The notes: generated from the sequence alone by a model not told the origin. Positions 44,112 to 56,243 are shown, counted from the first letter of the stretch. The stretch is DNA of 64,000 bases from Salisapilia sapeloensis CBS 127946 (GCA_023334545.1 JAADVB010000051.1:27444-91443); one strand, 5' to 3'. Made by a program: numbers and translations.

Positions 44112-47100
44112 CTACGACTCATTAATGACAGAATCCGTCGTTATTGCGTTGTCCAAATTCTTTCGAGGTGTGCATGAACTCGTGTCATTTGTAGGACGAG
44201 GTGGTAGATCGCTAGTCAAGTGACTACTGTCAGTAAATATGCATTTATAGATGAAGTAGTAAGAGTTACTGACTTTCCAACAGATTCCCGGTACACTTTT
44301 TTAGCGTACTCCAAGTCTTCTCTTGTAGCTTCTAACTCCTTTTCCAACTTTAAGCACTTGTCGACTAATTCTATAGTGTACAACAGCGTGGTAAGTCAGC
44401 AGGTCGTGTACTAAAGATGATGGAATTGATTACCCTCATATGAAGCTGTTCAAGTTGCCCATGCCACATTCGACAAATAAAGTTAACAAGCAACATCATA
44501 CAGCAATGTAAAACATAAAAGTACCTCGCTTTTCACCCCCGAGCCGCTCTACAATCGCTGGGTTCTTCGTCGAAATCGGGTCCTTTGGAGGGTTCATAAT
44601 GTACGGATTCACGTACACTTGAAATTCCAAGCGTGCAGACTGAAGGTAGTCCAAGAATTCCTGCGTAACATTGTCAACATGGTGCACAAACCTGTAGTTG
44701 AAGACTGGACTCCTTGACTCTTGCTCAACGCTTTCCGTCGTGAAAAGTTCTCCCATAAATTCATATTGGCAATACGCCAAGTCGGTGATGATTGGTAACC
44801 CAGTCGCACACTTGATCTGTATTTGAAAAGTCCAGGGGTGTCCAAGCAAGTCTTCTGGATTCTCCACATCCATGACATCATCTTCCTTGTGTTTTTCTTC
44901 ATCAGGTGATGACATGGGTGTCCAGATGACTTCTAGCTTACCAATAGTATTAAAAGGAGGTACGGCAAGCTTGATACTAAGCTGAGCTTCCTCAGGTTCT
45001 GTCTCTAAATTGTACACAAGATATTCAAGGAAGGTAGTTGCGCTGCCGATTAAGAATGAGTTGTCAAATAGCAAAGTAATTGGATCATGAGCTGCAGGTG
45101 AATCGTAGGATCTTCGATTCATAATCGCATTGCGTATGAAAGCCACTTCGTCCTTCAAGATCGCATGAGCTTTCATGAATTCAAACACATCTAGGAAAAT
45201 CGTCTCATCCGTTGCCTTGTTATACACTTTCACTTTCACTTTTGGAATGTTGAGAGTGCCAGGCTTTCCGTCAGCTTGTGAGCTTTGGAGAGCTGTTTCG
45301 AAGCTAAGCATATCTCGATTCAAAATCTTCACAATCTGCTCTAGCTCAGCTATCTTTGGCAATACTTCTCGTAGCTCTTGATCATTCACTTGTCTTGTCA
45401 ATAACTCTTTCTCCTTTTCAGGATCAAACGCCGATTCTTCTTCTTTGCCCTGTGACTCCGTCTCTCCTCGAGCCTCTCTTTCTTGCTTCTGACGTTCCCA
45501 GTTCGCCTTTTCCTCTTCAAACTTTCGAATTTGCTCCTCTAACTCTTTCATCGCAGCCGTATCTACCGTCTGCAAGGACTGTTGGTATTCCGTTGCCGCA
45601 TCGTCAGCAGTCGGCGGATCCGTATCTGGTTCACGTCCAGGATACACAAACAAAAACAATTCGTTCCCAAGTGCAACTCGATCGTACGGAGAGAGTTGCA
45701 AGCGAACATCTTTTTCTACCCGTTTGCCGTTATGAACGACCTCACCGACACCAGCATTCAAGTAGACTTCATTTCCATCATTTTCAAAGAAACAATGATT
45801 ATCGACAATAGATAAAGACATGGGCTGGATATCCCCTTTCGGACCGATCGTCATTCGCTCTTTGTCGATAACGAACATAAATCGCTTCGACCGATACGCA
45901 TCCACATCCAGATTTAGCAAGTACGGTGACTGAGTGTCGGATTCAAAGTGATATAAACGAATACCACGTTTTCCGTATTCCTCTCTCTGTTGCTGCATAA
46001 AGTCATCCTGCGCATTCGACTTGCTGTCAGTGGCTTCTCCGCTCAGTACATTTGCGAGCTCTTGCTGCTTCAAGTTGAGCAGTCGAGTGAGCTCATCGAC
46101 TTGCGTATTCGACGACTCGGACTCGCCACTTGCTCCACCACCGGACGCTTTCATACCGGCAATGCGTTCGTTCTCCTCCTTTAGTTGTGTCACAAGCATC
46201 TTCATTTGTTCCAACTCAGCCATGAGCTTGCGCTCCGCAGCGCTAGCTGCTGTCGATGCTTTCTTTGGCTGCAGCTTGATCACGGAGGCGTTCTTGGCAA
46301 AACCCAAGGTTGAGAATGTATACCCATGAAACTTGACTTCTGGTCGTATAGCGCAGAAGAGATATGTCCTTGCTTGCAACATCGTGTCTTTGAGATACTT
46401 GCATAGAAAGTATGAGTTACATCCTGGAATGGATGTCCCTGGCTTTAGCTTATTCGCCTTCACTGCTTCTGCCATCTTCATGAAAAACTGCGCCATTTCC
46501 GTCAGTGACAAATTGATCTTCTTGCCTTGATCCTGCAACTCTTTCGACTTGGACGCATCGGCATGAGGACCAACGTATTTGTGCTCAATCTCTCCATTGT
46601 CAAACACTACTTTCTTGTATTCTGCATAGACGATGTCACCGGCAGGTTCCGTTCCAGCTAGATCACAAACATACACTCGTCCCTTTTGCTTCATACCCGG
46701 ACGTTCCGGATCCGGTTTCTCCACTTCTAAAGTCATAATACAGTGTCCTCGCGTCGACTGGTGGTTAAATTGAGTGGGCGCAATAGCTTTCTTTGCATTT
46801 GCTGTCATGAACGTTTTCCTCAAGTCATTCCAGTCTTTCAGAACGACGGATTGGCACCATTCAATGTCCGTGAAGCCATCCACATCTTTCTTCATACCAG
46901 CCTTGTAGGACTGTTCTTGCGCGACTGGGGACATGAGGTCTCGAACGGTGTCCACGACATTCTGAAAATATTTCATTGAAATCTTCCACCCGTCTTCCTT
47001 TTCCTTGAACAGTTCATAGGCTAATCGAGGAAATACTCCCCACAGCGGATGTGGCTCTTCATGCTTAAACCATGCTTCTGGAATGTCGACAGCATCGGGT

Positions 47101-47446
47101 CCAAACACAGTGAAAGTCTTGCCTGATCCTGAAAGTCCGTACGCAAAAAGCACGACAGCATTACCAGACAAGAGATCCTCCTTAATTTTTAAACCAACCC
47201 GTTGATAAGCCATTTGCTGGTCCACGAGCGTCATCCCATCCGCCTCAGCGCTATCACCAACAATATGCCTCTGGTATCCATAAGCGCTCCACCAGGCGTA
47301 ACTAAAGGCAAAACGGGTCGTCGAGTACGTGGAATTAATAAGTTGTACTTCACCCTCTTCATCCGAATTCTGGTTGAGCACGACACCGAGTTTGTCGTCA
47401 CAAGTAAATGGCCGGCATCGAATCGATACCTTGATACTTACGCTCA
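44112..47446 (-). CDS. Kinesin with motor, coiled-coil, FHA and C2 domains (kinesin-3/KIF28-like architecture); last exons approximate
   Basis: IKVSIRCRP, FAYGLSGSGKTFT, NHQSTRGH, VCDLAGTE, INLSL, TLGFAK. Real start taken as ATG 47446 because the upstream ORF part overlaps GABA-T. Intron donor at ~44523, further coiled-coil exon at ~44250-44370. Confidence 0.88.
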
Positions 47447-47544
47447 TAGCTACAGTTGATGGGGTAGTAAAAAAGAAACGAACGAGGATGAAGGAACACT
47501 TGCACGGTCGTTTCACAAAGTATCTCCTCAAAGTGTCTTCGCAT

Positions 47545-49023
47545 TTACTTTTGGATGGCAGTACAAACTTGTTCGATGCGATCCAAGCATTGTTCGGCAT
47601 GCTTTGGTTGGAAAATGAGGGCTGGACGGAAGCGCACGGACTTGGATCCACAGCCACCAGCCAGCACGCCTTTCATCTTAAGCTGCTGCACAAACGCATC
47701 ACGGTCTTCTGGAGACGGAAGGTCGATGGCGAGGCACGTTCCTTGACCACGGACACTGGAAATGACGGATGGATACTTGGCTTCTAGTTCGTGAAGTCCA
47801 CTTTTCAAGTACTCGCCTGTGATACGAGTGTTCTCTAGGAGCTGATCACGCTCTAGTACTTCCAGGAAACTCTGTAAAGAGATCATTTTGGCCGGGTCTC
47901 CCATCCACGTATTGAAGATACGGTATCCTTCCTTTGGACGGAACTCTTTCTTGGCAAAGTATCCTCCTGTTTGCATCTTCTTGCTGAAGGTGACAATGTC
48001 CGGGGAAAACGGAAGATTCCAGTGCTCATGTGCCCAGAATTTGCCAGTCGCTCCGGCGCCAGTCTGCACTTCGTCCACTATAAACGCAACGCCATGTTTA
48101 GCTGCAATCGCTTGCAACTTTTGGAAGAACGCAGGGCTGGCACTGTTGTCACCACCTTCGGCTTGGATCGGTTCCACGATCATGCCTGCGAGAGTGGTGT
48201 TTCCATCGACTCCGCTCTGCTTTAGCAGTCTCTCGACCTCGTTCAAGCATCGTTCTTCCTCGGCGTGGTTCTCGGCTTCATGCTGCTCCAAGGGGTACTT
48301 GAGCTTTGGGAAAGGAGCCGTAGGCCAGTCAAAGGCCGGGATATCCACCTTGTGGAGCGCCTTGGAGTGCGTTGCGGACAAGCATCCGAGCAAACGGCCA
48401 TGGAAACCTCCTTCGAAAGATAAGATACCAAGCGAAGGGGATCCTGGTGCGCTGTTCGTCATACTGCTGGACATATCTTCGCTTGAAGGAGGCTTTCCAC
48501 CACGTTGCTTGGTCTGGTACCAGATGAAGGCAGCTTTGAATGCATTTTCGTTCGAGCAGGAGCCACACATGAGGGTATTGACCTCTTCTAGACCTTTGGG
48601 TGCGACGGAGAAGAGTGTTTTTTCAAGTCGGTCGATCCAGTCATCAGGAGGGAAGACACCCAAAGCAGGACGTTGCGCCAGCATTGAAAGATTTTCTGGC
48701 TGTTGCATGGATTCGAGCACTGCCGGATGATTGTATCCGAGCGGCACGGACGAGATTTGACCGAATATGTCGAGGAATTGATTGCCATCGACATCAACGA
48801 TGTAGTTGCCTTTGCTTTGGTTGTAGTCGACAAAAAAGTTGATTGTTCCTGTGTTTTGCGTTTCACTTAAGCGAGCAAGGAGATGCTTGGACTTGTCACC
48901 TGGAATAGACGTCGTGATGGAAGGGCCGGTAACCTCATTTGGAAACGCAGGAGACGGTGTCGCTGGCAATGTCGCGAACGTACGCGTAGGGAAATAGCGA
49001 GAAGGAAATCGACGGAGGAGCAT
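47545..49023 (-). CDS. ABAT: 4-aminobutyrate aminotransferase (GABA-T), mitochondrial, animal/fungal type
   Basis: Presequence MLLRRF..; MCGSCSNENAFK, FHGRLLGCLSATHSK, VEPIQAEGGD, VDEVQTG, FSKKMQTGG (PLP Lys). Confidence 0.96.
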   Translation of the reverse strand: MLLRRFPSRYFPTRTFATLPATPSPAFPNEVTGPSITTSIPGDKSKHLLARLSETQNTGTINFFVDYNQSKGNYIVDVDGNQFLDIFGQISSVPLGYNHPAVLESMQQPENLSMLAQRPALGVFPPDDWIDRLEKTLFSVAPKGLEEVNTLMCGSCSNENAFKAAFIWYQTKQRGGKPPSSEDMSSSMTNSAPGSPSLGILSFEGGFHGRLLGCLSATHSKALHKVDIPAFDWPTAPFPKLKYPLEQHEAENHAEEERCLNEVERLLKQSGVDGNTTLAGMIVEPIQAEGGDNSASPAFFQKLQAIAAKHGVAFIVDEVQTGAGATGKFWAHEHWNLPFSPDIVTFSKKMQTGGYFAKKEFRPKEGYRIFNTWMGDPAKMISLQSFLEVLERDQLLENTRITGEYLKSGLHELEAKYPSVISSVRGQGTCLAIDLPSPEDRDAFVQQLKMKGVLAGGCGSKSVRFRPALIFQPKHAEQCLDRIEQVCTAIQK

Positions 49024-49500
49024 TCTTCGTTCCGGGGGTGATTATGTTTGTGCAAGCGTGCAGATCCTCAAGCAGATGCCAGCGGGTCAGTACCTCGCTC
49101 TTTGACATGAGGCTCAGATCTGATACGCATATCGCTCGACGTGGACTGATATCCGGAGTGTCTCGAACGAATCCGTGTCTTTTCGTTTCTAACAAGACAT
49201 GTTCTCAACAGGACGACATGTCAGATTTTACTCTTCAAAAGACTGATATTAGTATCTAAAGCGTAAGAATTGTACCGCAAATATCTAAACTTCGTCCAAT
49301 GGCAGTTAAAACGTCTAAATCAATCGTAGCGACGTGTCGTTCCGCCGTCTGCCTACATCCTCTCTCCGTACGCGCTCATACTTACTTTGTCTGCATCCAT
49401 CCGTCCCTGCTGCAGGGCATTGAATGGAACCTTTTGCCTCATCCAAGGCTCCCGATTTGACGCATTCCATTTTGAAGAGAAGAGATAGAAAAGAGCGAGC

Positions 49501-51324
49501 ATGAGCGAGCAAGAAGCGAGTCGCAGTTCCTCCACGATGGCACCTATGTGGCCAGACGAAGTAGATTTGTCACCATGGTATCGTGAAGAGCAAGAGGTTG
49601 CCCATCGCGTCGTTGACAATGCCGTGGATCTCAGTGTCTGGACGCTCGAGTCCAAGCGCGAAAATGTCGTTGTCTACACACACTGCAAGAACAATGAAAC
49701 ACAGACTTTTGGAATTCGAAGTATCACAAAAGTACCAGGCACGATTGCCCACGTCGTAGAAGCACTACGCACCCCCGCTAGCAGTCTCTACAAGCAACAG
49801 TTAAAAACGCTTCATCCGAAACTCTACCTCGATTCGGAAGTTCTCTTTGCAGATATACCACGCTCCCCCATGGCTGAATCTATGACGATGAAATGGATGG
49901 CCTTTTCTTCTCCAAAGACATTGAAACGGAGTAAGGAGATGCTCGTGCGCGAGTATTGCTGCGTCCGAGACGACCATCCAGAGTACGGATCCTACGGCAT
50001 TTGTCGCTTCCAGTCGTACAATGGTCCTGGAGCTAAATTCAGCATCCGAGCCAAGGCTGGCACGTACAGTATGGCAGTCATGGAGCCCAGTGGATACGTC
50101 GTGTTGCCAGCACAGGAAGAAGGGCATGTCTGTGTGACGCTGACGATGTACATGCGTAAAGCTCGAGAGCAAAAGGGCGTCAGTCCTGGCGTCAAGGCCA
50201 TGTCCACGAAGCTCGCGACAGATCTCGCGTGGCTCGGCAAGACACTGCAGAACAGCGTTTTTGAGTCCAACGCTTTGGCGGATAAATGGGTGCGAGACGG
50301 TGAACGTAAGGAATGCCAGAACTGTCAGCAGCCATTTGGCGTGTTAAAGCGAAAGCACCATTGTCGTGTCTGTGGTGAAGTCGTCTGTGCGAACTGCACG
50401 ACCTTTAAACCGTTAGCACACGACCAGGAGAAGCTAAAGATGCGTGTATGCAAGTCATGTCTGACGAAACCGATGCCATCGAGCGTCAGTTCGATGGATA
50501 ATGGCGGAAGCTTTTGCAGTAGCGACTCGCGAGAGTCGACCAAATCGGATGACGCGCGCTACTACAGCGATGATGCCATGTCCGAGTCGTTGCGTGGTTC
50601 GAATGGACCGCCAGCTCCGTCTCCACAGCTCCGTCGCAATTCCTCTGGCGTAGGTCGTCAGCTCTCGACGACGAACTCGATGAGCTCCATCACTAGCAAT
50701 GAACAGCCAACTTTGCGTCGCAAGTCGTCGTCTCGAGAGATGTCGACAACCAACGGGTCCTCCAGGTCTCGACCGCCTCGTGTTGACTTTTTCAACGACG
50801 ACTTCGAAGAGCTTTGTCTTTTGGCGATGGAAACACTCGAGTGTCCTATGGCTGGTATTCGCACAGATGAATTCGAACTCGTGCGATATGCAGATGATGC
50901 AGACAGGTCTCGACTGAGTCGATCTTTGCCGACGTTTCGACGGATGGCACAAAAGGGAAAGCCGTGCATCGTCCTGGATGTTTCGAACGACAAGCGGATT
51001 ACGAGTGAAAAGCGATTTGCAGCAAAATTGCAGTTTTTCGTCGGTGTCCCGTTGAATCTGGATGGAGAAGTCATTGGCGACTTATGTGTTGCGGATGCAC
51101 ATGCAAGATCGGAATTGGACGACATGAAAGTGGACGTGCTCCAGGTGCTAGGCGAAACCGCGACCAAGTACATGATGTCGATTGACTATCAGCATGATCT
51201 CGAGAACTTCCGACAGACGAATCGGAAGGACGCTCCGAGCAATGCGCAGTTGCAGAGTCTGCAATCGACCGTATTGGATGTGAATGACGAAGAGACGCTC
51301 GCAGCAAAAGAGATCGCGTTTTAA
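49501..51324 (+). CDS. START-like + FYVE + GAF domain protein (oomycete-type architecture)
   Basis: FYVE with WVRD, RKHHCRVCG and RVC motifs; C-terminal GAF (FFVGVPL..GEVIGDLCVAD..R..L); N-terminal START-like fold. Confidence 0.88.
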   Translation: MSEQEASRSSSTMAPMWPDEVDLSPWYREEQEVAHRVVDNAVDLSVWTLESKRENVVVYTHCKNNETQTFGIRSITKVPGTIAHVVEALRTPASSLYKQQLKTLHPKLYLDSEVLFADIPRSPMAESMTMKWMAFSSPKTLKRSKEMLVREYCCVRDDHPEYGSYGICRFQSYNGPGAKFSIRAKAGTYSMAVMEPSGYVVLPAQEEGHVCVTLTMYMRKAREQKGVSPGVKAMSTKLATDLAWLGKTLQNSVFESNALADKWVRDGERKECQNCQQPFGVLKRKHHCRVCGEVVCANCTTFKPLAHDQEKLKMRVCKSCLTKPMPSSVSSMDNGGSFCSSDSRESTKSDDARYYSDDAMSESLRGSNGPPAPSPQLRRNSSGVGRQLSTTNSMSSITSNEQPTLRRKSSSREMSTTNGSSRSRPPRVDFFNDDFEELCLLAMETLECPMAGIRTDEFELVRYADDADRSRLSRSLPTFRRMAQKGKPCIVLDVSNDKRITSEKRFAAKLQFFVGVPLNLDGEVIGDLCVADAHARSELDDMKVDVLQVLGETATKYMMSIDYQHDLENFRQTNRKDAPSNAQLQSLQSTVLDVNDEETLAAKEIAF

Positions 51325-51378
51325 TGCACACGAAAGTCAAATATAGTCAAAAGGTTGTTTTGTACTTGATCGAGTGGT

Positions 51379-53995
51379 TTAGTCAGACTTTAGACGAAGG
51401 ATGGAGCTTGGTGCAGCTGAATGTGCTCGTGCAGATTGCTGCGTATCTCGCTGTGACCACTTATAAGGCCAGGATTGACGAATGGCCTGGAGATCCGTCC
51501 CAATTTCGTTTCCAGATACAAGTTGCGCATGTGTTTTGCCAAAGACATCTTCCATCCGATTGTTTGCTCTAGGTGATGATGTCTGTCTTAAACACGTTGT
51601 CTAGTAAGCAGTTATTAAGTGTCAGTTCTTTTACAAAAGTAATGAGTGGGATAAGGGTACCTTTGGTCGATTCGGACGGACATAGCCGTTCATATCTTCG
51701 TTCACTTTCCACTGCTTTTCCACAAGCTGTCGACCTAAACGAGCACTACGTGGTGTTCGAAGCATATCTGTTTTGTTCCCTTCAAACTTGTCTTCGGTCA
51801 ACGGAGTTAGTGGAGTACTAGTCGAGAGGGATCGAGAGTCCTTATTGTTTGTCGGTGGAATGCAACTCACTCGGTTGTCACTTAGTTCTGCCTTTGCCTT
51901 ATCTTTCTCTTTCTTTTTTATCTTCTCGTCCAGCATAAAGTATACGTCCAAGTCCATACATAGTTCGTCGCCTGCCACATGAGACGTCCTTCCGCATGTG
52001 GCACATAGGTTTCCACTATGACGCATAAGCTTTCGAGTAACAGGAACTCGAAGCGACGGGTACTTCCATGCCATGGTTATCCGGCTATCGCGCCAAAAGT
52101 CTCTTGCTTTAGCAATACGTCGGAGTCGATGCAATGTCTTTCGAGCCTCTGGTTTAATTTCCGAGCTAAGAAAGTGGAGAGCAAACATCTTTTTCTACGA
52201 TACACAAAGCTTAATCCGAGATTTCTTACACGCCCGCCGATCGAAAGAACGCAATACATACGCTTAGGACGAGGCAGTCGACTTTAGTAGAAGCACGTAA
52301 ATCAACTGGACACTGAATATGCTGTCGGTCGCGCACCAAATACTCGCCAGCAATATCAAATTTACCGAGAAATGTCAACTCCACTGCAATGCACATATCA
52401 TTTTTCTTCTTGCCATCCTCGCTGCCGGTACCCAGTCATTTCCACTCGGTTATTTAATAACTCCAAAGTTTCAAGTAAGCAAAACCTGGTCTTACCATGA
52501 TTCCGCAGTTTCCACTGGAATGAGATTAATACATTCCTGTGCCTCTCCACGTAGAAAGATAAACAGCGAGTCTGCTTCCGTACCCTTCCGTACGATATAC
52601 TCCTGTCGGCATGCAATCCCAATCTTTATTTTGAATTGCCATTACAATGTCGTAGGAAAACTTACGCCTGCTTGAAAGGTAGCGTACTTCATTCCATTGA
52701 TAAGGTGCATAAGTTCTGATGAATTGAGCAAAGTAAGTACGTGTGCGTTCATGGTGGCCAAGGTGTATCAATACCCATCTTTTCCCACATTTGAAAAAGT
52801 TTAGTGTGGTGGAGGAAGGCGATATGATCTGTGATTGTACCCTAGATAACCAACGACCAATAAGTACACTTCTGCTTGTCACAGTATCGCCTACTTGGAA
52901 AGACATACATCGATGGTTTGACTGCGAGTCAGTCGAAGGTACGATGCGGCGGTAAGAACAATAAAGCTAGCCACTTGGGAGTCTGGGTCGACGATTATAG
53001 TAGCGCTTCGCTTCGAGTCGGGTTCGATTAGACATAACTCGCCAAAAGTTGCACCAGGTAGTAACTTGGCCACCTCTTTTCCGTACATTGACAAATCTAC
53101 AAGTGTCTGAAATAGTCCATCATCAGATGTAGGCTAGAGCAGTTACAGTATCATTAGCTCGCTAACCTTCCGATGAGATGGACTAGCTTTCAGCTGGTGT
53201 TGCTTTGACCCTGAAGATGCATCTTTATCATTTCGACGATTTCGTGAAAGACGTTCGTACGCCTTTTGTTCTTCCGGTGAGCGAACGTAGACTGCCAACA
53301 CTCCACTTAAGAGTATCTGGAACAAAGATTAACACCTTTGTTTTTGTATCAACTATACTTATATCATCCACGTACGAAGCAAGTATTCCCTTTATCTCCC
53401 TGGTGTACGACAGCATCTCCTCCTAACCCATTGTATCAAAACGACATCTACAGCAGTCTTAAAGGTTTCGCCATACCGCTTAAATTCCGGATTTCCATTT
53501 CTTTACACAACTTGAGCGCTGAACCTTCAGACAATGTCGTAAACAGCGAGCTCAGCTTGTCTTGGCGCATCATCCAACCGTACAGTAGCTTCACGTGTAC
53601 TTGAAAGAGTATCGGTAAGCAAACACATAAATACAGTATGATGAAAAAAAGACTTATCATTCTCACTACGATCTTCGGGCGCAGTATGGAGTAATCTACA
53701 GCCAGGTCAGTCATGAATCCTACATATCGCCACAGGCTACTCACTTGACTATCTTTTTTATCTGATCCCCAATTGCAAGTAGTTGAGGTTTCTTAATAAC
53801 AGCTCGACGCATGGCTGCCCAGCCTTTGGAATTGCTACTAGGAGCATCTTCCACAGAAACAGTTGTGCGACGAGTATCATTAAATGCACTACTTTTCCGA
53901 TGGTTCATTCGAAGACCATTCGACATTCTCCTTGCGCTTGCGAGTAGCATACGGCTAGAAGTATGTTGCATTTTCGGAGGTGGTGAATCCGCCAT
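51379..53995 (-). CDS. Cyclic-nucleotide-binding (cNMP) domain protein, two CNB-like domains, many exons
   Basis: FQILLSGVLAVY, LLPGATFGELCLIEPDSKRSATII, EYIVRKGTEADSLFIFLRG; fragments separated by short introns; exon boundaries partly approximate. Confidence 0.75.
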
Positions 53996-54123
53996 GGCAC
54001 TTCAAACTTGCTACTGGATCAAGTACGTGAAAGAATGCCATGTCGATCCTATTTATATCAATCGAAAGGTGTATTCAGCTTACAAGTACATGGACACTTG
54101 GATCAAGATGGAAACGTCGTATA

Positions 54124-56100
54124 TTATTTTGTCAATTTGTACGATTCCAAACGAGACGAGGACAGACCAGTCTTCTCGTACGGATTACTGTCCTTTTTCT
54201 TCTTACTCCGTCGTTTCTTCTTCTTTGCTGGAGCAGACTCGTCATTAGTTTCACCACTCTTCTCTTCACTCTTGCCCTTTCCACGCGATCGCTTCCGCTT
54301 CTTCTTATCAGCGTCGTCTTCGGTTGTCTTCTGTGCCTTCCGACTCTCTTTCTCTTCTTCCTGGGCCTTTTGCCTCTCCTGCAAAGACCGTTTCAACTGC
54401 TTTACACGCTTCTTACTAACCTCATATTCCGAGTCTCGGTACGGAGCTAGACGCTTGAGCGACACCAACTGCTTCAAGTCCTTTTCATCTGCTTGCATAA
54501 TGTCGTCCACGGACAGTCCAAAGTCATTCGCTTGTACGTCCTTGTATTTGAACCGACATCGAATGTCCCCAATCAAGTCTTCATAGTCCAAGCTATAGAG
54601 CTCATCCAAATACTTTTGCTTGGCCTTTTTCATCTCTTCCACCGACATGTTCTTCCATTCCTCTTCTTCCTCTCCTTCATCTTCCTCCTCTTCTTCCTGC
54701 TCCTCTTGTTCTTGCTCTTCTTCCTCCTCCTTCTCTTCTTCCTTTTCTTCCTCTTGCTCTTCCTCTTGCTCTTCCTCTTCTTCCTCGTCTTCATCCGGGA
54801 TGTCTCCAAAGAGCTCTTTATCCTCTTCTTCCGTCCATGTCGGCTTCTCAATCTCTCCCTCCTCTTCATCATAGTACTCTTCATCAAAGATCTCTTGCAT
54901 CCGTTTATCATGCTCCTCCGGATCAAAAGCACCTTCCAAGTCCTCCGACCGAAGTTTGTTTTCCTCTCGCTTGCCCATCAGCTTTTCTACGCGTTCCAAC
55001 TTCTTTTCCACCTCTGCTTGCTTCAAGTTCTTTAGCCGGCGTAGCTCTTCTTCTTTCTTCTGACGTTCTAACGCCTTTCTCTCCTTTCGTTCCGCACGAC
55101 GACGCTTTCGACGGTCGTCTTCTCGACGCATACTGTCGTCAATCTGTCTCGCATGCGTCTGGATGTTCCCTCCTTCAGGCTCTTCGAAACGGAAGTTGTA
55201 CTGGTGCTCGAATGCTTCTGCTTCTTCGACAGCCTCGGCATCCTCCTCATCGACAATGTCGTCGTAGTAAGGAAGCTCTCGCTTCTCCTTCCACCCTTCA
55301 TTCGAAATGTACTGTTGCAAGAAAGCGTCTGGGTCTACCTCTTTCTTATTCTCGACCTTAGTGCCGTATTTAGTTCGGAAAGCATCCATCTCCTCTGCCT
55401 CTTCCTTTTCCTCCGCCACGGTCTTCTTTCGTACTGTAAACAATCCACCATCCAGCTCCTTTGGGTCATTTGCCTCGTCATCTGCATTGGCAGACGACAG
55501 GAAAGCTTGCTTTAAATCCTCTTGCTCTTCCTGATACGTCTTCACAGGCTCTTCATCTTCACTACCTTCGTCACTTTCAAAGTCGCCTTCCATCGCCTTG
55601 CGACGGACAAGGTCTCGATAGTACAGAGGTTGGTCTTTCGTTTCCTTCTTCTCCGTTTCATCGTCGGAATCATCCTCTTGTTGGTAGAAAGCGACCGACT
55701 TGTTGTAAATCGCAGGGTCTTTCTTACGAATTAAACGCAAGGTCTTGTTAATGTCATCATCCAGCTCTTTGGTCAATAACTCGCCATCTTCGTCCTCTGT
55801 CTCGGACTCGGAGGACTCTTCACTGTCAGCGTCGTCACCCAGAAGCTTTCGCTTTCTTTCTAGTTGAGAAAGCTCTTCCTTTTGCTTCCGATTTTGATAC
55901 TCTTTCGCATATTCACGATTGATAGTCAAGGATGGCGTCTCGTCCTCTGCTTCATTGCCCAATTCCAATGGAGCTTTTGACTCGTTCTTGTTGATTTTTT
56001 CCTCAGCTTTAGATCCATTTGTCTTGTTATCACTACTCTTTTTGCTAGCATCTGAAGTGGCTGGTGTCATTCCTTTCGAGCTCTTCTTCTTGCTGCCCAT
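54124..56100 (-). CDS. KRI1: KRI1, 40S ribosome biogenesis factor
   Basis: FEHQYNFRFEEP, THARQIDDSMRR, KKEEELRRLKNLK, YSLDYEDLIGD..RFKY, FGLSVDDI, VSLKRLAPYR; long Glu-rich tract at ~54650-54790. Confidence 0.93.
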   Translation of the reverse strand: MGSKKKSSKGMTPATSDASKKSSDNKTNGSKAEEKINKNESKAPLELGNEAEDETPSLTINREYAKEYQNRKQKEELSQLERKRKLLGDDADSEESSESETEDEDGELLTKELDDDINKTLRLIRKKDPAIYNKSVAFYQQEDDSDDETEKKETKDQPLYYRDLVRRKAMEGDFESDEGSEDEEPVKTYQEEQEDLKQAFLSSANADDEANDPKELDGGLFTVRKKTVAEEKEEAEEMDAFRTKYGTKVENKKEVDPDAFLQQYISNEGWKEKRELPYYDDIVDEEDAEAVEEAEAFEHQYNFRFEEPEGGNIQTHARQIDDSMRREDDRRKRRRAERKERKALERQKKEEELRRLKNLKQAEVEKKLERVEKLMGKREENKLRSEDLEGAFDPEEHDKRMQEIFDEEYYDEEEGEIEKPTWTEEEDKELFGDIPDEDEEEEEEQEEEQEEEKEEEKEEEEEQEQEEQEEEEEDEGEEEEEWKNMSVEEMKKAKQKYLDELYSLDYEDLIGDIRCRFKYKDVQANDFGLSVDDIMQADEKDLKQLVSLKRLAPYRDSEYEVSKKRVKQLKRSLQERQKAQEEEKESRKAQKTTEDDADKKKRKRSRGKGKSEEKSGETNDESAPAKKKKRRSKKKKDSNPYEKTGLSSSRLESYKLTK

Positions 56101-56243
56101 GTCGTCGATGTCCAAGTTACTGGTCGAATGGCTGGTTAGACTCTTCCAATTTATGATTGGACAATTTCTAACACCAAAAAATTGATTGGTACACAAGTGT
56201 AGCCACTTGGAAACGAATTGGACAACAAAAGAAGACAGAAATC

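Noticed and set aside
47447-47657. N-terminal 70-aa extension of the kinesin ORF
   Set aside because: It overlaps the GABA-T 3' end, and the motor's first strand begins right after ATG 47446.
54650-54790. (TCC/TCT/TCT)n-like microsatellite
   Set aside because: Simply encodes the Glu-rich tract typical of KRI1.
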